A stretch of DNA of 64,000 bases from Fibrobacterales bacterium (GTDB lineage Bacteria > Fibrobacterota > Fibrobacteria > Fibrobacterales > JAOPTW01), in assembly GCA_051532055.1 (NCBI GenBank), contig JAOPTX010000007.1, positions 173,212 through 237,211 of the forward strand, given 5' to 3'. Below, in pieces: positions 20,466 through 29,896 of the stretch. How positions within the stretch are numbered: position 1 is the first letter of the stretch; each line of letters opens with the position of its first letter. The position numbers and the translations under genes were made by a program. The notes under the pieces are model-generated. The model searched no databases. It worked only from the letters and a program-made list of their open reading frames with translations, and was not told the origin of the DNA.

Positions 20466-20546
20466 ATTGACAAGCAATGTAAAGTGACCCTCGTGATATT
20501 TGAGGTAAATAGGTATATTTAGGGTACCACCCACTCAGGAGATGAG

Positions 20547-21410
20547 ATGACCTTTTTTGACTCGTTGGAACAGCGTATTACTACCGTAGGCAATCCTATT
20601 TGCATGGGAATGGACCCTGTACTCAGTAAAATTCCTTTCGAAGGAAGCTCCCCAGAAGAGACAATTAAGACATTTTACATGACCCTTCTTGAAGCAATGG
20701 ATGCTCAAAACATCTATCCTGCCGCGGTTAAACCCAATAGCGCCTATTACGAGGCAATTTCAGTTTCTGCTATGCAAGTACTCTATGACCTCATCGAAGC
20801 ATATTCTGAACGGGGAATCCATATTTGTCTCGATGCAAAACGTGGAGATATTGGCAAATCATCTGCCGCCTATGCAAAAGCCGCATTTGACGTCTATAAA
20901 GCTGATTCTGTTACGGTATCACCCTATATGGGGGAAGACTCAGTAAAGCCTTTCTCAGAGTACGCTGAGGGGAAAGGGGTCTATATGCTCCTCAGAACAT
21001 CGAACAAAGGTGCACAGGACATACAAGACATTCTTACCACAGATGAAACACAACTGTTTTATTCAGTAGGTAAAAAGCTCCTTAGTTGGAACGAGAATAA
21101 CGCAATTGGCGCAGTAGTAGGCGCAACTAATACTCAAGAAATGGAAAACATTACACGCTTTTTTGTTGAAGCCGGTAAAGAAATTCCTTTTCTCATTCCC
21201 GGTATTTCAGTAAGTGGTGTCCCTGGACAGCAGGGAGGTGATATTCAAAGTACTCTCACTGCTCTAAAAAATGGTGGCAGCACTCACAATTTTCACCTCC
21301 TCAATAGCTCGAGCGGACTCAATTACGCCTATCAAGCATTCACCGACCTTTCATATGATCAAGCATTTATTAAAGCTCTACAGCAACTTGTTGCTGATTG
21401 TACGCTTTAG
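20547..21410 (+). CDS. pyrF: orotidine-5'-phosphate decarboxylase (type 2)
   Basis: DAKRGDIGKSSAAYAKA active-site motif; 287 aa; AGGAG ribosome-binding site. Confidence 0.85.
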   Translation: MTFFDSLEQRITTVGNPICMGMDPVLSKIPFEGSSPEETIKTFYMTLLEAMDAQNIYPAAVKPNSAYYEAISVSAMQVLYDLIEAYSERGIHICLDAKRGDIGKSSAAYAKAAFDVYKADSVTVSPYMGEDSVKPFSEYAEGKGVYMLLRTSNKGAQDIQDILTTDETQLFYSVGKKLLSWNENNAIGAVVGATNTQEMENITRFFVEAGKEIPFLIPGISVSGVPGQQGGDIQSTLTALKNGGSTHNFHLLNSSSGLNYAYQAFTDLSYDQAFIKALQQLVADCTL

Positions 21411-21478
21411 AGCAAGAATATATAGCCTTTTTAGAATAATATGATATAATAGAACAAATTATTCATGAGTCTTTTCGT

Positions 21479-22702
21479 ATGGGCGATAAGCCAACTATTC
21501 TCTACGTCGATGATGAACTAGAAAACATCACCGTTTTTAAAGCAACCTTCAAAAGGCATTATAAAATTATATCTGCCCTCTCTGGTAATGAAGGCCTCAA
21601 TAAGCTTAAAGAGAATGACGTCCAACTTATTATATCCGACCAAAAAATGCCCGAGATGACTGGTGTTGAGTTTTTCCAAACATCCATTAAGGACAATCCC
21701 GACACTCCCCGTATTTTGCTAACCGGCTATACCGATATTGAGTCGCTTATTGATGCCATCAATAAAGGGTACATCTTTCAATATGTATCAAAACCTTGGA
21801 AATTCGAAGACCTAAAAATGATTATTGATAGGGGCCTCGAGCAAGATGCATTAAAAAAGGAAAACAAATCACTCATTAACCGGTTAAGCAAACACAATGA
21901 AGAACTTGAACAGCTTGTAGAAGACCGTGTAGGCGATCTACGAAAATCATATCAAGAACTTATCATTGCCAAAGAAATTGCTGAAGAGTCGAACCAAGCA
22001 AAAAGTGTATTCCTTGCAAACATGTCTCATGAGCTGCGTACTCCATTGAGTGCCATTCTTGGATACAGCGAACTCATTACAGAGGATCTTGAGGATTCTG
22101 AAAATGAAATTGCCGACACAATAATTCCTGACTTAGAAAAAATTCATCTTTCAGCGGAACACCTTTTAACCATTATTAATGAGATCCTCGATTTTTCAAA
22201 AATTGAATCGGGTAAAATGGAAATCAATATTGCTGAAATAGAAATTAAAATTTTGATAGATGAGATAGTGAATAACGTGCAACCCCTTATAGCTAAAAAC
22301 AGTAATACATTATCTGTTGAGCTTGCAGCCGAACATACAACCCTCATCTCTGATTACCAAAAAGTAAAACAAAGTATTATCAATCTTTTAAGTAATGCAG
22401 CTAAATTTACCAAGCAAGGCACTATTACTCTGAAGGTTTCTCTCTTAGATCCTGGCATGCTTCGAATCAGTGTGACCGACACAGGTATTGGTATTAACGC
22501 CGACACTCTCGAATCAATCTTTACCCCCTTTACCCAAGCAAATGCCAACATTTCCACACAATATGGAGGCACAGGACTCGGCCTCAGCCTCACTCGCAAA
22601 ATTTCAGAACTTCTTGGTGGTTCACTTACAGTAGAAAGTGTTGAGAATGAAGGATCGACATTTCACTTTACTATACCTCAACACGGGGTTATCCCAACAT
22701 AA
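21479..22702 (+). CDS. receiver-first histidine kinase (REC of the 7925-9202 subtype + HisKA + HATPase_c)
   Basis: REC motifs [23 protein letters not shown] and VSKPW. H-box [17 protein letters not shown]-box LSNAAKFT. G-boxes DTGIGI and [13 protein letters not shown]. Confidence 0.9.
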   Translation: MGDKPTILYVDDELENITVFKATFKRHYKIISALSGNEGLNKLKENDVQLIISDQKMPEMTGVEFFQTSIKDNPDTPRILLTGYTDIESLIDAINKGYIFQYVSKPWKFEDLKMIIDRGLEQDALKKENKSLINRLSKHNEELEQLVEDRVGDLRKSYQELIIAKEIAEESNQAKSVFLANMSHELRTPLSAILGYSELITEDLEDSENEIADTIIPDLEKIHLSAEHLLTIINEILDFSKIESGKMEINIAEIEIKILIDEIVNNVQPLIAKNSNTLSVELAAEHTTLISDYQKVKQSIINLLSNAAKFTKQGTITLKVSLLDPGMLRISVTDTGIGINADTLESIFTPFTQANANISTQYGGTGLGLSLTRKISELLGGSLTVESVENEGSTFHFTIPQHGVIPT

Positions 22703-22724
22703 CATTAAAATATTAGTAGTGATA

Positions 22725-23096
22725 TTACTCAATGCGATTTAATTGTTTTTCAATTTTCTCGAGTAGAGATTTTATTACTATAGGCTTAGTCTCAAAATCA
22801 TCACACCCCGCATTCATCGCTTTTTGTCTATCTGACTCCTGAGCATAAGCAGTAAGAGCCACAATTGGGGTTTTCCCAACCTCATCATGCTCTCTAATAG
22901 TTTTTGTTGCTTCATAGCCATCGATTTCAGGGAGCCCCAAATCCATTAAGATAAGGTCAGGTTTTTCGGATATTGCTAAATCAATAGCTTCTCGGCCGTT
23001 AAATGCAGGAACAACATCAAAGCCTTGACGCGTAAGTCTGCGTTGAAGCATCTCACTATTGATTTTAACATCTTCGACTAATAGTATTTTAGCCAA
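22725..23096 (-). CDS. stand-alone receiver (CheY-like single-domain response regulator)
   Basis: 123 aa with LLVEDV, LILMDLGLPEIDG, ALTAYA and ETKPI. TTG start preceded by GAGGT. Confidence 0.85.
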   Translation of the reverse strand: MAKILLVEDVKINSEMLQRRLTRQGFDVVPAFNGREAIDLAISEKPDLILMDLGLPEIDGYEATKTIREHDEVGKTPIVALTAYAQESDRQKAMNAGCDDFETKPIVIKSLLEKIEKQLNRIE

Positions 23097-23289
23097 ACTA
23101 ACCTCAACTATTGGATTTGTTCCTACTTCTGATATTACAACTAATCTCTATTAATTGCACAGGTTTTTTACGCAAACAATAATCCTATCCCTTTTCACTT
23201 TTTACGGTTAAAAATCTCGCAATTTATGCTGTTATTCGATATACTCAGAGCAAGTACCACAGACGTGAATACCATTGAATTGGGTCTCT

Positions 23290-23724
23290 ATGAAACCACT
23301 TTTATATAATTATGTGAAATGCCTTCTCTTAGTAGTATTACTCATTGGATCAGCTCACGGCTCAGATGATGATATAATTATCGTTGTTTCTATTAAAAGT
23401 GCCGTTGACTCAATATCCAAGTCTGAAATAAAAAAACTCTACATGGGTAAACAAGCAACCCTCGATACTCAATTTACTTCACCAACTATTTTAAAAATAA
23501 AATCCACCCATAAAAAGTTCCTCGATACCTTTCTCAAAATTAACACCCGACAATTCGCCCGCATTTGGCAGAAGCTGGTATTTACTGGTAAAGCCCAAAT
23601 GCCTAAGCAGTATACCTCTGAGCATGAACTCATCGAGATGCTCGAAAATAGCCCCAATAAAGTAGGATACATTCAGCGTAAAAACATTACTGAGACCCTC
23701 AAAGAATTAGAGGTGACTCAATGA
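23290..23724 (+). CDS. small secreted PBP-like (PstS/PBP_like_2-type, half-size) protein, copy 1
   Basis: Signal peptide (MKPLLYNYVKCLLLVVLLIGSAHG) and pattern IIIVVS...ISKSEIKKLYMGK...TRQFARIWQKLVFTGKAQMP...VGYI. This resembles short phosphate-binding-protein-like domains. The track ORF starts at a TTG at 23275. Confidence 0.6.
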   Translation: MKPLLYNYVKCLLLVVLLIGSAHGSDDDIIIVVSIKSAVDSISKSEIKKLYMGKQATLDTQFTSPTILKIKSTHKKFLDTFLKINTRQFARIWQKLVFTGKAQMPKQYTSEHELIEMLENSPNKVGYIQRKNITETLKELEVTQ

Positions 23725-25052
23725 TCTATTTAACCTCACTTCTATTGATTCTATGGTGCGCAAGCTCCCTCTATGCTAAAGGACTCGCTATCCACGGTAG
23801 CGTATCGCAAAGCTATGTACATTCAATAGATAATAATTTTGTATTCTCCGGAACCGAAGGCGGCTCTCTCAATTACTCAGAAGCGTACATCAACTTTACC
23901 CAACAATATGATGAACAGCTCCGTTTTGGAATTCAACTTGCTGCTCGTAGTTTTGGAGACGAAGAAAACTTTGAACCAACGGTTGACTGGGCCTATGGTG
24001 ATTACCGGCTGCATGAATTATTAGGCATTCAAGTAGGAAGTATAAAGGTCCCCTTTGGTATCTACAATGAAGTAAGAGATATCGACTTTGCCCGCCCCAA
24101 CATTTTACTCGATCAAGGCATCTACCCCGAAAGCTTTAGAATGGCACTTGACTCGTATACAGGGGGTTCACTCTATGGCTCTCTTGAACTCTCACACTCC
24201 ATTTTTGATTATTGCCTCTACATGGGAGCCACAGACATTCCTGATACCTACACCAGTATTCAAACAGTAAAAACCCTTTATAACGCGCCCAACACAACAA
24301 TCAGTGATGGCTATATGGGAGGCTCTCATTTAAAAATGCTCATCGGTGATCATCTCTCCCTGGGGCATACCTATCTGTTTCTTCAAGCATACGATAATTT
24401 AGAGTCCGAAAACCTTGGGCGTAATTTCGATCAAATAGAATCAGTGAATTCCGAGGAAGCCACACTCATTCAAGCAACCCTCGACGGACCCTTAAGCTAC
24501 ACACCTCACGCACATCGGTTTACCATGCAGGTAAACATTGCAAGCGTAGAGCTTCGTTTTGAAAAACTGACTCTTGCTGCAGAATATGAATACTTTACCC
24601 TCAAAACCTTTGCTTCAGATGCACTCGTAGCAAAAGTAATTGGCATTGGCCAAGAGAGCCCATTTATACAATACAACCCAGCCAATTTACCCCCAGAAAC
24701 CATTGAAGTCATTCCCTATCAAGTTGCTTCGCTGTTAATCAACAATGATGTTGTTACCAAACAAGCAGGATATCTTCACCTCTTTTACCAATGGCATGAC
24801 CGTTTTGGCACCCATGCTGGCGTTGGTTATGTAACTCAAGAGAACAACAACAGTAACAACCCCGATCAAAATTTTAGAAACAGCAAACAATGGAGTTATG
24901 TTGCTGGTTTACACTTTTATATCAATGACAACTTTATGGTAAAAGGCGAGTACCACTATTTCGATGGTGACTACAGTTCTTATACCAAACCAGGAAATAA
25001 CCCACAATCAGATGGGCACCTCGTAATAGCGCGCGGGTCCTATCTATTTTAA
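23721..25052 (+). CDS. outer-membrane beta-barrel, porin-like, paralog 1 of 3
   Basis: Signal peptide and C-terminal ...ARGSYLF (terminal Phe). Conserved blocks shared with 25062 and 26909: DWAYGDYRLH, PFGIYNEVRDIDFA, LDQGIYPE, KGEYHYFDG. ATGA overlap with the PBP-like gene. Confidence 0.7.
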   Translation: MIYLTSLLLILWCASSLYAKGLAIHGSVSQSYVHSIDNNFVFSGTEGGSLNYSEAYINFTQQYDEQLRFGIQLAARSFGDEENFEPTVDWAYGDYRLHELLGIQVGSIKVPFGIYNEVRDIDFARPNILLDQGIYPESFRMALDSYTGGSLYGSLELSHSIFDYCLYMGATDIPDTYTSIQTVKTLYNAPNTTISDGYMGGSHLKMLIGDHLSLGHTYLFLQAYDNLESENLGRNFDQIESVNSEEATLIQATLDGPLSYTPHAHRFTMQVNIASVELRFEKLTLAAEYEYFTLKTFASDALVAKVIGIGQESPFIQYNPANLPPETIEVIPYQVASLLINNDVVTKQAGYLHLFYQWHDRFGTHAGVGYVTQENNNSNNPDQNFRNSKQWSYVAGLHFYINDNFMVKGEYHYFDGDYSSYTKPGNNPQSDGHLVIARGSYLF

Positions 25053-25061
25053 GGAGATACT

Positions 25062-26435
25062 ATGAAGCATGGTGGGAAACTACTCTTACTCCTTCTAACC
25101 ACACTCTATATGTCAGGGTGGTCAGATGATGAGAGTATCGAAATACATGGTGCTATTTCTCAGAGTTTTATCTACTCTAAGAATAACCACTACATCTTTC
25201 AAGGATCCAAAGGTGGGTCGCTTGACTTCTCTGAAGCTTATATTAACTTCTCAAGACAGTTTGGAAGTGATCTCCGAGTTGGACTTCAGATTGCATCACG
25301 CAACTTTGGGACCCAAGAAGACTTTACCCCTAAACTCGACTGGGCCTATGGAGATTATCGTCTCCATAGAGCCATAGGGCTTAGGCTTGGCAAAGTTAAA
25401 CTACCCTTTGGGATATATAATGAAGCGCGAGATATAGATTTTGCTAAAGCATCAATCATACTCGATCAAGGCATCTACCCCGAAAACTTTAGACTGGTCA
25501 TTAATTCCTACTCGGGAGGGAGTCTCTATGGGACATTTACTATAAGTGAGAAAAATAATGCAGAGTTCGATTATGAAGTGTATTATGGTACGACGAGTAT
25601 CCCAGAAAGCTATCGAAGTATTCAATTCACCCGACGTAATTTCAATTCACCTACCACTGGCATGAATAATGTTACCCTTTGGGGGACCTCCGCTCAACTG
25701 CGCCCCTTCGACAACCTCCTTCTTGGGCACTCCTTCATGTACAACACTACCTATCTCAGTATCAACAGCTCTACTTTGAAAGACTTAGACGAAAATGAGA
25801 CTGGCTTTTTCGACTTCCCCGTTCCCTTTATAGAGAAAGCAGTTAAATCAAAATACACTGCCCATGTATTCAGTGCTGAAATACGTATAAAAGATTTTAC
25901 CCTGATCAGTGAATATGAATCAAGCACCTTAAACTCAACTAATACCCAAGATTTTTCTAATGCCATATATAGCGGGATTTCTAAAAATTTTGAAAACACT
26001 GCATTTAGGGACGCAGTCCTTACAAGTCTCGGAATTCCTGTTGCAAGCCTAGACTCACTCACACTAGATCAAATGGCAGCTGGTGTGGCTCAAACATTTA
26101 CCTCTGAATTCTCTACACCAATTGTTGCGGATAAATCATCATGGTACATACAAGCACTCTATCAATTGAATGATGACCTTGGGCTTTTCACCGGGTATGG
26201 ATATACCACCCAGACCAACAGTGCTGACATTAAACGGCTCCAAGAAGAACAAAACACCAGAAATGCGAAGCAAAAAGATTATTCGCTTGGTATAAACTAC
26301 TATGTCAGTGATAACTTCTTGTTAAAAGGAGAGTATCACTATATTGATGGACTCTATGGCGTATATAACCCCTCGACTGATGTGATGATTGAAGATGGTA
26401 ACCTTTGGCTTGCTCGCGCATCCTATTCATTCTGA
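25062..26435 (+). CDS. outer-membrane beta-barrel, porin-like, paralog 2 of 3
   Basis: AGGAG ribosome-binding site, signal peptide, the same conserved blocks, C-terminal ARASYSF. Confidence 0.7.
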   Translation: MKHGGKLLLLLLTTLYMSGWSDDESIEIHGAISQSFIYSKNNHYIFQGSKGGSLDFSEAYINFSRQFGSDLRVGLQIASRNFGTQEDFTPKLDWAYGDYRLHRAIGLRLGKVKLPFGIYNEARDIDFAKASIILDQGIYPENFRLVINSYSGGSLYGTFTISEKNNAEFDYEVYYGTTSIPESYRSIQFTRRNFNSPTTGMNNVTLWGTSAQLRPFDNLLLGHSFMYNTTYLSINSSTLKDLDENETGFFDFPVPFIEKAVKSKYTAHVFSAEIRIKDFTLISEYESSTLNSTNTQDFSNAIYSGISKNFENTAFRDAVLTSLGIPVASLDSLTLDQMAAGVAQTFTSEFSTPIVADKSSWYIQALYQLNDDLGLFTGYGYTTQTNSADIKRLQEEQNTRNAKQKDYSLGINYYVSDNFLLKGEYHYIDGLYGVYNPSTDVMIEDGNLWLARASYSF

Positions 26436-26442
26436 GGTTATT

Positions 26443-26907
26443 ATGATACATTACTCCTCTATCATGCGAAAAAGGTCACTATTTCAAGCAGTATGCAGTC
26501 TACTATTAGTCTTGTTATTCTGTATTACTCCAACAGCCAGTTATGGTAATGACATCGTTATTGTTGTCTCTAAAAATAGTACTCTTACCAGTATTGAAGT
26601 GAGCGCTCTTAAGAAACTCTATATTGGAAAAAATACCACAATAGAGAATACCTTTACCTCACCAATTCTCCAGAAAAATAAAACGCAACATAAACAATTT
26701 TTAGAGAAATTTTTAAACATGAATACCCGACAATTTGCTCGAACATGGCAAAAGTTAGTATTTACAGGTAAAGCACAAATGCCTCAAAAGGCTGACTCAT
26801 ATCAAGAGCTCATTAAATACCTTACAGAAAACTCACAAAGTATTGGCTACATGCTTGAGAGTCACGTTACCCCTGAAGTTAAAATTATACCCATAAAAGG
26901 AATGTAA
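26443..26907 (+). CDS. small secreted PBP-like protein, copy 2
   Basis: GAGG ribosome-binding site then the ATG at 26443; signal peptide. Paralogous to 23290-23724 (IVIVVS..., LKKLYIGK, TRQFARTWQKLVFTGKAQMP, IGYM). Confidence 0.6.
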   Translation: MIHYSSIMRKRSLFQAVCSLLLVLLFCITPTASYGNDIVIVVSKNSTLTSIEVSALKKLYIGKNTTIENTFTSPILQKNKTQHKQFLEKFLNMNTRQFARTWQKLVFTGKAQMPQKADSYQELIKYLTENSQSIGYMLESHVTPEVKIIPIKGM

Positions 26908-26908
26908 A

Positions 26909-28234
26909 TTGCGAACCCTTGTTCTCACCATACTTTTCTTAGCGAGCGTCTATGGGAACCCGCCCCCTGTTGATATCCATGGAACTATTTCTCAAACAGC
27001 TATCTACGCAGTAGATAATCACTATCTCTACAGTGGCACCAAGGATGGCTCATTTGATTTCACCGAAATCTACATCAACTTTAGTTCTCAATTATCTGAT
27101 AGACTCCGCATGGGGATGCAACTCTCATCTAGGAACTTTGGAGAACTTGAAAATTTCGAACCCAAAATAGACTGGGCTTTTGGTGATTATCGCCTTGTTC
27201 CCGAATTTGGCTTTAGAATTGGACAAGTGAAACTCCCTTTTGGCATCTATAATGAAAGTCGCGATGTTGACCTTGCAAAACAGACGATTGTCCTCGACCA
27301 GGGTGTCTATCCCGAAGACCTCAGATTACTCATCACCTCTGTTAGTGGTGGATCACTATATGGGATTGCAACCCTTGGAAATTTTGACTTCGACTACCAA
27401 GCTTATGGCGGTATCAGCAAAATAAATGAGACCTATTACTGGACCAATGTTTCAGCACATAATAACAATTCTCCTAATTCAAAAATTAACAACATGAAAC
27501 TCTATGGAGCGACAGGAAGTATCACCTATAATTCCCTCTACAAAGTTGGTGCATCATATACTCACAACTCAAATGATCTTACTCTAGAGAGTTCTGACAT
27601 ACTCGCAAACATTCCTGGTAAAGCCGGTATTGATTTACAACTTCAATCAATACTCCCTTTTGTTTTTCCTCTTGGACTCCCTGCGGTCCCTATGCCCTAC
27701 ATTAAAAATGGCTTGGAAAATGAACTAAACACCTACACCTTTTCAAGTGAAATCGCTCTCCATGACCGCCTCACCCTCGTAAGTGAATTTCAACTACTCA
27801 CAATGAAATTCACCTATAGTAATGATGCACAGGACCTTATTTTAAAAGCATTTGAAGATGCGGGTATACAAGGTCAATTCCTTACGATGCCTATTGTTAA
27901 TGGTGCATCACTTATTTCCCAATATACCACCCCCATTTCACCTCGTAATTACTCGCTGTACACCAATGCCCATCTACAATTGACCGAAAACCTAGGTAGC
28001 TCTTTGGGATATGCGTATAGAATCCTGAAGCTAAATTCATCATTTGAATCCTATCGTAACACCGAGATGGACTATCTTATTGGACTCAACTATTTTCTTA
28101 CCGACAACATTCTCATTAAGGCTGAGTACCACTATATTGATGGAAACATAAGTGCCTACCCTCCTATTGGTACAGATGAAACTTCCAAATCTAGAGGTCA
28201 GCTGATAATGGGCCGGATATCTTTTACCTTTTAA
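26909..28234 (+). CDS. outer-membrane beta-barrel, porin-like, paralog 3 of 3
   Basis: TTG start 1 nt after the upstream stop, signal peptide, conserved blocks (DWAFGDYRL, PFGIYNESRDVDLA, LDQGVYPE, KAEYHYIDG), C-terminal GRISFTF. Confidence 0.65.
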   Translation: MRTLVLTILFLASVYGNPPPVDIHGTISQTAIYAVDNHYLYSGTKDGSFDFTEIYINFSSQLSDRLRMGMQLSSRNFGELENFEPKIDWAFGDYRLVPEFGFRIGQVKLPFGIYNESRDVDLAKQTIVLDQGVYPEDLRLLITSVSGGSLYGIATLGNFDFDYQAYGGISKINETYYWTNVSAHNNNSPNSKINNMKLYGATGSITYNSLYKVGASYTHNSNDLTLESSDILANIPGKAGIDLQLQSILPFVFPLGLPAVPMPYIKNGLENELNTYTFSSEIALHDRLTLVSEFQLLTMKFTYSNDAQDLILKAFEDAGIQGQFLTMPIVNGASLISQYTTPISPRNYSLYTNAHLQLTENLGSSLGYAYRILKLNSSFESYRNTEMDYLIGLNYFLTDNILIKAEYHYIDGNISAYPPIGTDETSKSRGQLIMGRISFTF

Positions 28235-28238
28235 TAAA

Positions 28239-28262
28239 CTACTCACTACTCACTACTCACTA
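28239..28262. repeat. heptanucleotide microsatellite (CTACTCA x3, then a partial fourth unit) between the third barrel gene and the HAMP kinase
   Basis: Direct read: aaactactcactactcactactcactata, 16 nt upstream of the kinase ATG at 28278. Confidence 0.8.
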
Positions 28263-28277
28263 TAAACCGATGAAACT

Positions 28278-29894
28278 ATGACACTACGTACCAAATTTTT
28301 ACTCGTTCTTATTCCTCTACTGGTAGTTTCACTTTCAGCAGTAATATTTGCGATCTATGGCAGTACTAATATTAAGGTCAAAACTGGGTTTGTTAAAAAT
28401 GACATCTTTCCCATACTTAATAGAGCGGGCGCTCTGAACGATCATGTTAAAGCCACTAAGTCTGGTTTTGTCGATGCAATAAATGGCGATGAATTTTTTG
28501 CAGAACAAATAGCACAGACTCAAAGTGCCTTTAATATAGACATTGATACACTCTATAGTATCACTCAAGATTATGGCCTTAAAGAGATTAAAATCAATTA
28601 CAATAATTTTGTCTCCATTGCTATCACTACTGGCACTAAACTCGTAGAAAACCCAGATGAGTTTTCTGATGACATTAGTATTATTACAGAAAAAGCACAG
28701 ATTCTTAGTATTCAAATTGAATCATATTTACAATCTAAAGAAAAGCAATTTGGCATAGCTCTACTCTCTATTGATGCATCTTCTGAAGACTTTGTAAATG
28801 CATTTGCCATCGTAGGTCTTTCACTTCTTATTGTGATGGTTATTCTCACGAGAATTATTCTCTCCTCCACCCGAACTATTCGTAACCTTGCAACTGACGC
28901 TGAAGGCCTCTCAAAGGGGGACCTCAAAAAAGAGATTGAAACCACTCGATCAGATGAGTTAGGTATTCTTCAAGGGAGCTTTGAACGCATGCGCTCATCT
29001 CTTAATGGACTTATCAATAACCTGGAGTCAAAAGTTGAAGACCGGACTAAAGATCTAAACCGAAAAAACAAAGCACTCAATGATACTCTCAGCAAACTAA
29101 AACAAGCACAAACGCAACTTATCCAGTCAGAAAAAATGGTTTCCCTAGGACAACTTACGGCCGGTATTGCTCACGAAATTAACAATCCCATTAATTTTGT
29201 TCTCAATGGTATAACTCCCCTTGAATCAAATATTGTAGACCTCTTTGATCTCATGAAACTCTATATACAGCATCATAAAGAACCATCTGAAGCTCTGACC
29301 GAAGAGATCGCAGAACTGAAAGATGACATTGAATACGATGATCTTGAACCAGAAATCTTACAGCTCTGTAACAGTATTAAAATTGGTGCAAAACGCACTT
29401 CGGAAATTGTTAATGGTCTGCGAACCTTCTCACGTACTGACGAATCTGAGAAAAAATTAGCTGACATACACGAAGGTATTGATTCAACTCTTGCTATTCT
29501 CAATCCGAAAATGAAAGGCCGAGTTGATGTTATAAAAGAGTATGGACCTGTTCCCTGTTTGGAATGTTTCCCTGGCCAACTGAATCAAGTGTTTATGAAT
29601 ATTCTTGCCAATGCTCATCAAGCTATTGGCGAAAACAAAGGAACCATCACTGTAGGAACAAAAAAGGTTGATGACACCCATATTGCAGTGACTATTACTG
29701 ATTCAGGCCCCGGCATGACCGAAGAGACTAAAGAGAAGATTTTTGAACCGTTCTTCACAACGAAAGATGTAGGAGAGGGGACAGGCCTCGGAATGTCAAT
29801 AACTTTTGGTATTATTCAGAAACACAAAGGATCAATTACTATAGATTCGGAAATTGGTGTTGGCACAACTTTCACCATAACCCTTCCTATGTAA
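28278..29894 (+). CDS. membrane sensor histidine kinase (TM, ~170-aa extracytoplasmic domain, TM, HAMP, coiled coil, HEINNP-type DHp, HATPase_c)
   Basis: Two hydrophobic spans. HAMP-like region ([24 protein letters not shown]). H-box [13 protein letters not shown] preceded by [18 protein letters not shown], the same DHp family as 3011-4366. G-boxes DSGPGM and EGTGLGMSI. Confidence 0.85.
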   Translation: MTLRTKFLLVLIPLLVVSLSAVIFAIYGSTNIKVKTGFVKNDIFPILNRAGALNDHVKATKSGFVDAINGDEFFAEQIAQTQSAFNIDIDTLYSITQDYGLKEIKINYNNFVSIAITTGTKLVENPDEFSDDISIITEKAQILSIQIESYLQSKEKQFGIALLSIDASSEDFVNAFAIVGLSLLIVMVILTRIILSSTRTIRNLATDAEGLSKGDLKKEIETTRSDELGILQGSFERMRSSLNGLINNLESKVEDRTKDLNRKNKALNDTLSKLKQAQTQLIQSEKMVSLGQLTAGIAHEINNPINFVLNGITPLESNIVDLFDLMKLYIQHHKEPSEALTEEIAELKDDIEYDDLEPEILQLCNSIKIGAKRTSEIVNGLRTFSRTDESEKKLADIHEGIDSTLAILNPKMKGRVDVIKEYGPVPCLECFPGQLNQVFMNILANAHQAIGENKGTITVGTKKVDDTHIAVTITDSGPGMTEETKEKIFEPFFTTKDVGEGTGLGMSITFGIIQKHKGSITIDSEIGVGTTFTITLPM

Positions 29895-29896
29895 CT

